A stretch of 64,000 nucleotides of DNA from Phycisphaerae bacterium (lineage in GTDB: Bacteria; Planctomycetota; Phycisphaerae; UBA1845). The first letter of the stretch is position 1. The number at the start of each line of letters is the position of its first letter. The stretch spans positions 33,303 to 97,302 of the forward strand of contig JAJDDV010000146.1 of the NCBI GenBank assembly GCA_029260135.1, given 5' to 3'. This document shows, piece after piece, positions 23,805-32,657 of the stretch. The translations under genes and the position numbers were made by a program. Below the pieces are notes generated by a model. The model ran no database searches, had not been told where the DNA came from, and worked only from the letters and a program-made list of their open reading frames with translations.

Positions 23805-24920
23805 ATGACTGACGCCACCAACGCCAACCTCGCCTCCTACGCTACCCCGTCACCGGCATCGCCCAACCGCACCCACGACGAACCAATGCGCGCCTGGTGC
23901 TGCCCCTTCGACTTCGACCGACACCGCGTCATCGCCAGCGCGGGCTTCCGGCGCCTGGACGGCAAGACGCAGGTCTTCGCTCCAGACGACCACGATCACT
24001 TCCGGACCCGCCTGACCCACACGATCGAGGTCGCCCACCTCGCCCGATGCCTCGCCGCATCCCTGCGAGCCAACGAGTCTCTCGCCGAGGTCATCTCGCT
24101 CGCCCACGATCTGGGACACCCGCCCTTCGGTCACGCCGGCGAAGCCGCACTCGACCAGGCCATGGCGGGGCAGGGGGGCTTCAACCACAACACCCATTCG
24201 CTCCGCGTCGTCACCTACCTCGAACACCCGATCCCACAGTTCCGAGGCCTCAACCTCACCGACGAGACCCTGGCCGGCCTCGCCGATCACACGACGCGCT
24301 ACGACCGACCGCTGGCGGAAGGTACCCCGGGCCCCGACCGTCCCTCCGTCGAAGCCCAGATCGCCTCCGTCGCCGACCGCATCGCCTATGACACCCACGA
24401 TCTGGAAGACGCCGTCGGCGCCGGATTCGTTACGCTTGACGACTTGGCCAACGTCGCCCTCTGGCAACAGGCCTTCGAGTCCGTGGCCGCACAGCACTCC
24501 GTCAAACACATCCATGCCATCCGCCGCGCCGTCATCGACAAGATGCTCGACGTCGCGCTGCAAGACATACAGAGTGAATCCGCCAGGCGATTGGCAGCGG
24601 TTCATTCACCCCACGCCGTGCGACTATCAGCCGAGGTACTTGTCGCTCCATCCAGCCCCATGGACGCACTCCTCATTCAGCTCGAGCATTTCCTTCGCGA
24701 CCGCGTCTACCAACGCCCCGAGATCGTCGAAGCCGACAGCGACGCCCGCGGTCGTGTGGTCGATCTCTTCAGCGCTTACGGCACAGACCCCTTGGCCCTT
24801 CCGGATCGTCTCCGGCGGCGCGTGGATCAGGACGGTCTCGACCGTGTCATCTGCGACTATATCGCGGGCATGACCGATCGATTCTGCACCCGGCAACACC
24901 ACACGCTCTGCCGCGCCTGA
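23805..24920 (+). CDS. dgt: dGTPase-like HD-domain deoxynucleoside triphosphate triphosphohydrolase
   Basis: Motifs FRTRLTHTIEVAHLAR.. and LAHDLGHPPFGH, plus C-terminal DYIAGMTDRF. Start moved to ATG 23805 because the ORF track's 5' end runs into the tandem repeat. Confidence 0.85.
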   Translation: MTDATNANLASYATPSPASPNRTHDEPMRAWCCPFDFDRHRVIASAGFRRLDGKTQVFAPDDHDHFRTRLTHTIEVAHLARCLAASLRANESLAEVISLAHDLGHPPFGHAGEAALDQAMAGQGGFNHNTHSLRVVTYLEHPIPQFRGLNLTDETLAGLADHTTRYDRPLAEGTPGPDRPSVEAQIASVADRIAYDTHDLEDAVGAGFVTLDDLANVALWQQAFESVAAQHSVKHIHAIRRAVIDKMLDVALQDIQSESARRLAAVHSPHAVRLSAEVLVAPSSPMDALLIQLEHFLRDRVYQRPEIVEADSDARGRVVDLFSAYGTDPLALPDRLRRRVDQDGLDRVICDYIAGMTDRFCTRQHHTLCRA

Positions 24921-24934
24921 TCTGCGCTGGGTGC

Positions 24935-24956
24935 CACTGGCGGCTTGCCGCCAGTG
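24935..24956. repeat. Perfect 9-bp-stem hairpin CACTGGCGG-CTTG-CCGCCAGTG, 15 nt after the dgt stop (REP-like; possible terminator without a U-tract)
   Basis: Read directly from the sequence. No T-run follows, so a terminator function is not supported. Confidence 0.5.
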
Positions 24957-24984
24957 CCGATTCGACGCGTGCCACGCCCGATCT

Positions 24985-25017
24985 GGGTGCCATGCCCAAG
25001 CCGAAGGCGCGGGCATG
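24985..25017. repeat. Solo copy of REP-like family A
   Basis: GGGTGCCATGCCCAAGCCGAAGGCGCGGGCATG, near-identical to the units at 23612-23773. Confidence 0.8.
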
Positions 25018-25387
25018 TGATGTCGCGCCGGGTGCCCCATCTCCTTCGGAGGTGGGGGAGACGATGATCGTCGCTGCATCGACTCGCCAGACCATCGGCC
25101 GGTGGTTCACGTGCCAGCGCGTCGACAGGGCAACGTTCACCCAAGGCAGTGGCGCGGCAGCACCGAGATTATCGGGCGTCGGTGGGTTCGTTTGGTGATA
25201 TTGTTTTTCTCGCATTGAAGTGCCACATCGTGGCACAGGCGGCGCGAAAACGGGCGGCATGGGCCCAGAGAGCGGGTGGGAGCCGGCTTCTGGACCGCTC
25301 GGGCTCCGTTTCGTATGTGATTGTAGCGGCGTTGAAGGGTGTATTTTGGGTTCGTTTCGGAGCCTCGGGTCGTTTCATCCTCTCGAC

Positions 25388-25510
25388 CTCATCCAGAAGT
25401 TGTTATTCAACGGTCCGCACAGCGGACCCTACGATGCTCATCCAGAAGGTGTTATTCAATGGTCCGCACAGCGGACCCTACGGTGCTAATGGAAGGTCCG
25501 CACAGCGGCG
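25388..25510. repeat. Tandem 49-bp units carrying REP-like family B palindrome GGTCCGCACAGCGGACC(CTAC)
   Basis: Palindromes lie at 25411-25427 and 25460-25476, with a degenerate third copy at 25494-25510. Flanks are shared (TCATCCAGAAG.TGTTATTCAA). Confidence 0.85.
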
Positions 25511-25890
25511 CTTACGCTGCCGCGCGGCTATCCGCGAGCAGACCCTGGTCCGTGTAGATAACTTCGCGGGTGCTCGGTGGAATGTTGTCGCGAAGCGCGC
25601 GCCGGAGTTATGGCATTGCACGACGGCTGGGGCTGAGTGCCGGTCGGGTCGGCGTCTCGCCGTGCCAAGATGGCGACTCGGTGGGCGAGAGCGACGGAAA
25701 GATGGGCTGTCTTCGCCTGTATCGGGTGTTTCGCCTGGGGGCGCTCGTGGTTTACGACTTCGGTATATGGGAAATCCGGGTTCACGATTCTTCTCCCGCC
25801 GGTGTATCGTTGACGAGCCTCGTCGGATGCAACAGACTGATCACGAGGACACGCAAGGAGGATCAATACCGTCCAAGAAGGAAACCGCAT

Positions 25891-26391
25891 ATGACCGGAC
25901 TCGACCCCTTACGAACGCTCTTCAACTACGGCGATCGGGCCAACGGCCAACTCATTGAGGCTTCTTCCCGCCTGACGGACGATCAACTGGACCGGGCGTT
26001 TCCGATGGGTCGCGGTTCGCTGCGAAAGACCTTGGTTCATATTTGGGCGGGCGAGCATGTGTGGCTGCTTCGTTGGAAAGGCCAGGCCGACACTCCCTGG
26101 CCGGATGAGCATGGCCCGAGCCCGGTCACGGTCATCGCCCGGGATCTCCATCAAACGTCGACGGACCGTGACGTGTTCCTGGATTCGCTTGATGAAAGTA
26201 ACCTGCACCAGCAGGTGCGGTATCTCGACTCGGTGGCCGGGTATTTCCAAGCCACCCTCATTGACATGCTTCTGCAGGGATTGGTGCACTCCATTCACCA
26301 CCGAGCCCAAGCGGTCAACATGCTGCGACAACTCGGAATCGAACCTCCGGAGGTTGACTACATGACGAGCGTTCGATTACCGGAGCCTTGA
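25891..26391 (+). CDS. DinB-family (DUF664-like) four-helix-bundle protein
   Basis: 166 aa from ATG 25891 within ORF 25570..26391. It has DinB-like ..NGQLIEASSRLTDDQLD.., ..HIWAGEHVWL.. and ..HSIHHRAQ... The upstream part of the ORF is REP-derived. Confidence 0.7.
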   Translation: MTGLDPLRTLFNYGDRANGQLIEASSRLTDDQLDRAFPMGRGSLRKTLVHIWAGEHVWLLRWKGQADTPWPDEHGPSPVTVIARDLHQTSTDRDVFLDSLDESNLHQQVRYLDSVAGYFQATLIDMLLQGLVHSIHHRAQAVNMLRQLGIEPPEVDYMTSVRLPEP

Positions 26392-26669
26392 GTCAGCCGG
26401 GTAGGTCGTGGTTTGGTCGGGCGGTTCCGCCCGTGGCCGTTGACGAAGAATGGTGTGCCTTTAGACATCATAGCAGGTTGCAGGGCGGATTAAAAACCTG
26501 TCGGATCTTCGACCCTTACAGGGGCGTTTTGGGGTGGTGTGTGTTTGTTCCGGTGGCGGCGCTGCGCTTTGCCACCGGCTATGGTCTTGCAGGCCTTCGG
26601 CCTGCGGGGAGGTGCGGCGCTTGGATGGGCGAGGTGCGCGTTGTTCGTCCCCCACCCTTCGCCTGCGGC

Positions 26670-26705
26670 GAAGAATGGGGCACCCGCGAAGAATGGGGCA
26701 CCCGC
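26670..26705. repeat. Perfect 2 x 18-bp tandem repeat (GAAGAATGGGGCACCCGC)
   Basis: Read directly. It sits in a hairpin-rich 370-bp spacer (26392-26763) that also contains GCAGGCC-TTCG-GGCCTGC and GGCGGGT-TCC-ACCCGCC (26737-26753). Confidence 0.85.
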
Positions 26706-26763
26706 CCACGGGCGACTCCTCATTCCAGTTTCGTAGGGCGGGTTCCACCCGCCGCCGATGAGC

Positions 26764-27711
26764 TTACCCAGGCAGCGATGCCAACAGTCGCTCGGCCAGG
26801 TCCTGCTGCTCCGCGCAGGTTTGCGCGTCGCCCGCATAGCCTTTGCCGAACGCCGAGAGTGCTTCGTGTGCCGCGGTAAGCTGCGACATCGCCTCGTTCA
26901 AGACGGACCTCGCTTCGCTCGGATTGGATTCGTGCAGACCCTGCCCGAGCTGGAGCAGCGCGCTGCCCAACTTCATGTCGGCCAGGGACGCCGTCACCGC
27001 GCCGACGTCGTGCGCGCGCCAGCGCTCCCGTGAATTACGCGCGGCCGAGACAGCCTCCTCACAGCGACCCTCTTCCATCAAAGACGCCGCCAGGTTCGAC
27101 CAGGCGATCGCCTGTTTCTCTTCCGACGGTTCCGCCAGTTGCTCTGACATGTCGATCGCCGTGCGATGCCAACGCTGAGCATCCGTGAACCGCTTGGCTA
27201 CGTCATAGTCCAATCCCAGTTCAATGGCCGTGTCCCAGAGTTCCTCGCGCGATCCGTGTCGCTCGCGAAGGTAGTACGCAACCAGGTGCGCCTGACTCGC
27301 ATCATCCGGTCGCTCCCGCCGACGATACACCCACCCCAGATGGTGGAACATCAGCCCCGCAACACGCAGCCGCGGCCCGTCCGACAGTCCACTCGTCCCC
27401 GCACCAGACACGAACGCCTGCGCCGCCGCCTGAAGCAAGAGTCGCTCCGCCTCGCCGAGTTTCGCACGCTCCGCCACGGCCAGACCGTCAACGAGAAGCT
27501 TCCACGCCCGGTCAACCAGTTCCACCTGAGGGATCGATTCGGCTTCCTGCTTCGCATCCTGCACCCGTCCTTCGCGCAGGGCTTGAAGTGCGCGGTGGGC
27601 ATGACTCTCCTTTGGCCAGACCGCCCCGAAAGGACGCTTGGCACCCGTGCGCTCATCGGCGGTTTCGCTCACGAAAACGGGTGATTCACTATTTGTCACG
27701 GGTGGCCTCAC
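26764..27711 (-). CDS. TPR-like helical-repeat protein, unknown function
   Basis: 315 aa, all-helical, with repeated A..(Y/H)..LG.... patterns. No signal peptide is obvious. Its start overlaps the upstream gene's stop by 23 nt, so the true start may be internal. Confidence 0.6.
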   Translation of the reverse strand: MRPPVTNSESPVFVSETADERTGAKRPFGAVWPKESHAHRALQALREGRVQDAKQEAESIPQVELVDRAWKLLVDGLAVAERAKLGEAERLLLQAAAQAFVSGAGTSGLSDGPRLRVAGLMFHHLGWVYRRRERPDDASQAHLVAYYLRERHGSREELWDTAIELGLDYDVAKRFTDAQRWHRTAIDMSEQLAEPSEEKQAIAWSNLAASLMEEGRCEEAVSAARNSRERWRAHDVGAVTASLADMKLGSALLQLGQGLHESNPSEARSVLNEAMSQLTAAHEALSAFGKGYAGDAQTCAEQQDLAERLLASLPG

Positions 27712-29629
27712 CTTTCAAATGCTCTCCAACGACCTCGAGGAGCTCATCTCCCCCCACGTCGCAGGCGACGACTTTGCCGTCCTTACCGATGAGAAATACC
27801 GCCGGAATTCCGACGACCCCGTATTGATCGGCCGCGAGCTGAGCCCCGCCCGATTCCCCGAATACCTGATGCCAGGTCATCTCTTTGCTGGCGATGAACG
27901 CACGTAGCGCTTTCTCGTCATCGTCCAGACTGACGCTGACCATGGCGAAATCCGCCCGCTTGCCGTATTTCGCGAACGTCTCGTGCAGGTGCGGAAGATC
28001 GCCCACGCAAGGCCCGCACCAGGTCGCCCAGAAGTCGAGGACCATCAGCTTGCCCTTCCACTTCGCCAGGTCGATCTTCTCGCCTTTCAGCGTGGTCAGA
28101 TTCAGGCTCGGCGCCTTGTCACCAACGACGATTTGCGGCGCACCCGTTTCCTCATCGAGCGCCGGTCCCGACGGAATCGTCAGAACCAGAGGCTCGTCCT
28201 TGCCCACCTGAACCTCCCGCTTGACTTCTTTCGACCGACGTCCATACACCACAATCTCGAAGGCATCGTGCGGTGCGCTTTCGATCACGAACCGGCCTCC
28301 CGAATCCGTTACGGCGCGAAGCCCCAGCGTCGAAGCCTCGCGCCAGGTCGTCGCGTCGACGAACGCACCGGCGACCGGCTTACCCTCTTCATTCTTGACG
28401 ACGCCCGTCAACCGCGCTCCCTCCGTCAGTTGTACGTCCAGCTCGGTCGGCTCGCCTGCGTTTGCATCGATACGCTTCAGGTCCGGGGCGTACCCGGACA
28501 AGTGAACCGTGACAATCACCGGACCCGCCGGGACGCCGCGCACCGTGTACCGCCCTTCATGGTCAGCCCAGTCCCGTGCGCTGGAGTTCGACTGACCGTC
28601 TCCCGTCATGATCCTCGCGCCGTACAGAGGCTCGCCGGTCTCCGAATGCGTGATCCGACCTTGGAGTATGGCCGCACGCGCCATTTCCAGCCGATGCGTC
28701 GACTCCACCTCCTTTTCCGGCAGCGAGAGGGTGCGCTCGAACCCCGGACTCGAAACATAGCCATCATGCGTAAGACGTGCGATGATCCGCCTAGCGTCGA
28801 AATGAAGACCTCGAAAAACAGCGACGCCCTCGTCGTCCGTAACACCCGCCCGAAAATCATCCCGATACTGATCGAGAATCTCGACCGTCGCCTGCGCGAT
28901 GGGCTCATCATCTTCGGACTTCACCTTTACGCGAACGATGCGCTCGGGCTTGACCCGAATCAGGATCTCCCCGAAGTCCTCGAGCCGCGCGACCGAACGC
29001 TTTTCTCGACCGTACCCCTTCGCTTCAACGATCAGCGCGCCCTCGCCGGGGAGCACCCCTTTGATGCTGAATCGTCCCGCATCGTCCGTGGTCGCCTTCC
29101 AGTTCCGTTCGACAGCCTCCAGCGTGACGCCCGTGTCCGTGAGCGGCGCCTCCGTCAGCGCATCCACTACGCGGCCGATGACCACGACACTGCCCTCCAT
29201 GCTCTCAGCAAGATAGGGCGGATACGCTTCACCATTGAGCTCGAACGCGCGAACAAGGTCGATGTAGAGCGGCTTCGATAAGCGCACGACGATCTCGCCC
29301 CGAAACGGCTCGCGCGCCGTAATCTTGAAATCGCCCATCGCGTCCGTGCCGGCCGTCCCGATCAGCTCGCCCGCCGACCCGTCCTCGTTCTTATGGTGGA
29401 CGCTGACCGAGACGCCCTCTTCGCCGCCGCCCATCGACGTCGTCACCTGTCCCTCCACCACGACGAACGGATCGACCGCCTCGGCCTCCTCCGACGGTTT
29501 GCCAGCCTCAGCCTCCGGCGGCGCCAAGTCCTGAGCGAGGACCGACGACGGAATCCCCGCGACCCATCCGACGAGAAAACAAAGGAGCAACCGCGGGATG
29601 CGAGCGGAAGTGAATTCGGTTCTCATCAT
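27689..29629 (-). CDS. Secreted multi-domain protein: carboxypeptidase-regulatory-like beta-sandwich repeats plus C-terminal TlpA/thioredoxin-fold domain
   Basis: Start at the ATGATG pair at 29629 gives the signal peptide MMRTEFTSARIPRLLLCFLVGWVAGIPSSVLAQ. Repeated (G.V.D..G.P(V/L).GA.V) units follow. The C-terminus has VLDFWATWCGPC (a CxxC redoxin motif). Confidence 0.8.
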   Translation of the reverse strand: MMRTEFTSARIPRLLLCFLVGWVAGIPSSVLAQDLAPPEAEAGKPSEEAEAVDPFVVVEGQVTTSMGGGEEGVSVSVHHKNEDGSAGELIGTAGTDAMGDFKITAREPFRGEIVVRLSKPLYIDLVRAFELNGEAYPPYLAESMEGSVVVIGRVVDALTEAPLTDTGVTLEAVERNWKATTDDAGRFSIKGVLPGEGALIVEAKGYGREKRSVARLEDFGEILIRVKPERIVRVKVKSEDDEPIAQATVEILDQYRDDFRAGVTDDEGVAVFRGLHFDARRIIARLTHDGYVSSPGFERTLSLPEKEVESTHRLEMARAAILQGRITHSETGEPLYGARIMTGDGQSNSSARDWADHEGRYTVRGVPAGPVIVTVHLSGYAPDLKRIDANAGEPTELDVQLTEGARLTGVVKNEEGKPVAGAFVDATTWREASTLGLRAVTDSGGRFVIESAPHDAFEIVVYGRRSKEVKREVQVGKDEPLVLTIPSGPALDEETGAPQIVVGDKAPSLNLTTLKGEKIDLAKWKGKLMVLDFWATWCGPCVGDLPHLHETFAKYGKRADFAMVSVSLDDDEKALRAFIASKEMTWHQVFGESGGAQLAADQYGVVGIPAVFLIGKDGKVVACDVGGDELLEVVGEHLKGEATRDK

Positions 29630-29881
29630 GGCGTGGCCAAGTACTCTTTGACGAAAAACGACAGTTCGTCTCGAAACCGCCGCGTCGGCGAACGCCGCAT
29701 CACCAGCCCCGAGAGTCCTCCAGGTGCGTTCGACACTCGGTGACGACCATTCTAACCCCACGCCATCCGATCGCCACGAAAAACTTCTCAACAAGGTTGC
29801 AATGGACATCCGTACCGGAGCGGATATTATGGAGTGGCAGTGCAACCAACGGATGCCGATGCTGATGGAGAGGTAACCCCA

Positions 29882-31318
29882 ATGACCCACCTCGACAAAC
29901 AGGTTCGCACCACCCAGCGCAGAATGTGGATCAACCGGTGGTTGGTCGGACTGTCCTGGTCTCTCACCATCGCCGTAGCCCTTCTGGCCCTCCTGATCCT
30001 CGTGCACCGGCTTTTTGACTTCGCGTGGCCCCTCGGCTGGCCGGCACTCGCTGCGCTGGCGATCGCCCTCGTCGCCGCGGCCGTCTGGACCTTCGTAAAG
30101 CGTGAAGGCCCGGCAATCGCAGCCGCCGTCTTGGACGAAGCCGCAGGTCTACGTGAACGACTCAGCACCGCCCACTATTGCCGCGTCGATCGCGATCCCG
30201 AACATCCGTCATCACAGAAAGGCCCATCCACTTCACGCGGCGCGGTCGATGACATCTTCGTCCAGGCCGTCGTCACCGACGCCGAGCACATCAGCGGATC
30301 GCTCTCAGCCCGCCAGCACATCCGACTCCGGCTCCCCGGTTCCTTCGCATGGACGACGCTGACAGCGCTCGTTCTTGCCGCCATGTTCCTCGTCCCCGTA
30401 GGCCTGCTCACTTCGACCCAGGCCGCGGAAGAACGCGAACAAGGCGTCGAACTGACGCAGACCAAAATCGCCGTGAAGCGACAGATGGATCGCGTTCGCA
30501 AGCTTGTGCAAGACAATCCCGCACTCCAAGAACTCAAAGACAAGCTCGGCGACGCCGATGAGCAGGCCGCCGGAAAGCTCCATCGACCAGGCGATGTCCG
30601 ACACGAGGCCGTAAAAAAAATCGACAAACTTACCGATGCCGTCAAACAGAAACGCGCCTCCGGAAAGTACGAGTCCGTCAAGGAAATGCGCAAGATGTTG
30701 CGCGGACTCAAAGTTCCCAAAGCAAAAGACGCGCCCAACCAGAAACTCGCCAAAGCCCTTGCCAAAGGCGACTTCAAAACCGCAAGAGAAGAGCTCAACG
30801 CCCTCAAGGAACAGCTCGCCACCCTGAAATCCGAACAAGACAAAGAGCTGGCCGCCAAGATGAGCAAGCAGCTCGAGGCCATCTCGAAGCAGCTCGATAA
30901 GCTCGCCCAGAACGAAAACCTCGCCAAGAAACTCGCCGAAGCCGGCCTCAAACCAAAAGACATCAAGCGAATGCTCGAAAACCTCAAGAAGGAAGATCTC
31001 GAGCAAGTCAAAAAGCAACTACAAGAAAAAGGCCTGAACCAGAAACAGATCAACAAGCTCGCCCAGCAGCTCGAGCGCGGACAACAGGCAGGCGCCGTCG
31101 CCAAGAAACTCGCACAGGCGATGAAACAAGGTGCCTCGGGAAGCAACCCAGGACAAACCGGCGAGTCCATGGAAGGCCTCTCCATGGCAGCAGATCAACT
31201 CTCCCAGCTCGAACAGCTCGAACAGGAAATGAATCAGCTCGATGCCGCAATGGCCGACCTCAACGCATCTTCAGGAAACATCAGCAAGCCGTGCCGAAAA
31301 TGTCGAGGCGCCGGGTGA
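29882..31318 (+). CDS. Membrane protein (3 TM helices) with long K/E/Q-rich coiled coil; ends at an in-frame TGA
   Basis: ATG 29882 is preceded by GGAGAGG. TM helices are followed by about 250 aa of KEL/KQL heptad-like sequence, ending ..NISKPCRKCRGAG*. The reading frame continues open into the next ORF. Confidence 0.7.
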   Translation: MTHLDKQVRTTQRRMWINRWLVGLSWSLTIAVALLALLILVHRLFDFAWPLGWPALAALAIALVAAAVWTFVKREGPAIAAAVLDEAAGLRERLSTAHYCRVDRDPEHPSSQKGPSTSRGAVDDIFVQAVVTDAEHISGSLSARQHIRLRLPGSFAWTTLTALVLAAMFLVPVGLLTSTQAAEEREQGVELTQTKIAVKRQMDRVRKLVQDNPALQELKDKLGDADEQAAGKLHRPGDVRHEAVKKIDKLTDAVKQKRASGKYESVKEMRKMLRGLKVPKAKDAPNQKLAKALAKGDFKTAREELNALKEQLATLKSEQDKELAAKMSKQLEAISKQLDKLAQNENLAKKLAEAGLKPKDIKRMLENLKKEDLEQVKKQLQEKGLNQKQINKLAQQLERGQQAGAVAKKLAQAMKQGASGSNPGQTGESMEGLSMAADQLSQLEQLEQEMNQLDAAMADLNASSGNISKPCRKCRGAG

Positions 31319-31399
31319 GCGGGCTGCAATGGAGGCCGGGGCGGCCTCGGAAAGCTTGGGCAGGGGCGGGGCGGTCTGGCACCCGAGCAGAAAACCGGC

Positions 31400-31705
31400 G
31401 TGGCATTCAAAACCGAAAAAGGGAAAGTCCACACCGGAAAAGGGGCCATCGTGGGGCAGTTCCTCATCGACGGTGAGCAGGTCAAGGGCGATGTGTCCTC
31501 CAACTTCTCCGACGTCGTGATCGCCGCCGAGCGCGACGCCACCGACCGAATCAATCGAAATCGCATCCCCCGGCAATACCACAAAGCCGTCAAGGCCTAC
31601 TTCTCCACCATGCAGCAGTCCATCAAGGATGGAAAGACCAAGGACGCAGAACCGTCACCCGCCGGAAGCGACGACTCCGCACCGACCGACGCGGATCGTC
31701 CATGA
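31400..31705 (+). CDS. 101-aa ORF in the same frame as the preceding gene (probable C-terminal domain of that protein family)
   Basis: GTG 31400 is in the same frame as 29882..31318. The 81 nt between them are stop-free and encode the Gly-rich AGCNGGRGGLGKLGQGRGGLAPEQKTG. Confidence 0.55.
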   Translation: MAFKTEKGKVHTGKGAIVGQFLIDGEQVKGDVSSNFSDVVIAAERDATDRINRNRIPRQYHKAVKAYFSTMQQSIKDGKTKDAEPSPAGSDDSAPTDADRP

Positions 31706-31709
31706 CATA

Positions 31710-32657
31710 ATGCACCGGCGCCCCTCCATCAACACCAACTGGCGACGCGCACTCCAGGGACTCCTCTTATCGGGCCTCGCAGGCGCGCTCACCGCCTGCG
31801 AACAGCCACCGCTGACACCCAACGGCGTCATCGCCGTCTTTGGAGGCGTCGGACTCGGACCCGGTGCATTCAGTTATCCAAGAGCCGTCACCGCCGAGCC
31901 CGCCGGTTCCCTCTTCGTCGTCGACAAGAGCGGACGCATCCAGCGTTTCTCACCCCAAGGGGAATTCGAAACCGGCTGGACCATGCCCCAAACCAAACAG
32001 GGAAAGCCCGTAGGGCTGTCCGTTGCGCCGGACGGTAGAATCTTCGTCGCAGACACACACTACCATCGCGTCATCGTCTTTGACCGCGACGGCATTCAGC
32101 TCGATGCCTTCGCCACCAAGGAATCCGGCTCGAAAGAAACACAGTTGCCCACCGATGTGGACGTCGATGACGACGGTTTCATCTACGTCAGCGAATACCA
32201 GGGCGACGACCGAATCACCAAATGGTCGCCCGACGGACAGTTCGTCGCCGCACTGGGCGAGGGTCCGATCGAAGGCGTCCCACTCCGTCGCCCCGCCGCC
32301 ATCGACTTCGACCGCCAACAGACCCTCTGGGTTGCAGATGCCTGCAACCATCGCATCGTTCGATTATCACGCGAGGGAGAAATCCTCGCCGTCTTCGGCG
32401 GATTCGGTGATGAACCCGGCCATTTCCGCTATCCTTACGACATTACCGTGACACCGCAGGACACGATCATGGTCTGTGAATACGGCGGAAACCGCTTGCA
32501 GTGGCTCTCCAAGGACGGAAGATCGCTCCGCGTATGGGGTGACGCCGGCCGGGCCACCGGACAGCTCTTCGCGCCCTGGGGCGCCACCTACGGACAAAAC
32601 GGCGACGTCTACGTCGTCGATTCCCTCAACAGCCGAATTCAGGTGATCCGACCGTGA
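31710..32657 (+). CDS. NHL-repeat beta-propeller lipoprotein
   Basis: ATG 31710 gives a signal peptide with lipobox LTAC. Six units follow with (P.G(V/I)(A/T)....G.(I/L)(F/Y)V(A/S)D..N.R(I/V)) patterns. The stop overlaps the next start (GTGA at 32654). Confidence 0.85.
   Translation: MHRRPSINTNWRRALQGLLLSGLAGALTACEQPPLTPNGVIAVFGGVGLGPGAFSYPRAVTAEPAGSLFVVDKSGRIQRFSPQGEFETGWTMPQTKQGKPVGLSVAPDGRIFVADTHYHRVIVFDRDGIQLDAFATKESGSKETQLPTDVDVDDDGFIYVSEYQGDDRITKWSPDGQFVAALGEGPIEGVPLRRPAAIDFDRQQTLWVADACNHRIVRLSREGEILAVFGGFGDEPGHFRYPYDITVTPQDTIMVCEYGGNRLQWLSKDGRSLRVWGDAGRATGQLFAPWGATYGQNGDVYVVDSLNSRIQVIRP

Noticed and set aside
23805-24920. The dGTPase-like gene considered as an anti-phage dNTP-depletion defence gene, since it is flanked by repeats.
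   Set aside because: Its size and motifs fit the widespread housekeeping dGTPase-like type. The neighbours are HIT, DinB and a lipoprotein, with no defence-island context or mobile-element genes. The flanking repeats are generic REPs.
30613-30620. An A8 homopolymer inside the coiled-coil gene, considered as a slippage or phase-variation site.
   Set aside because: It encodes V-K-K-I within a Lys-rich region and the frame is intact. With a single tract and no alternative-frame ORF of note, there is no evidence of a function.
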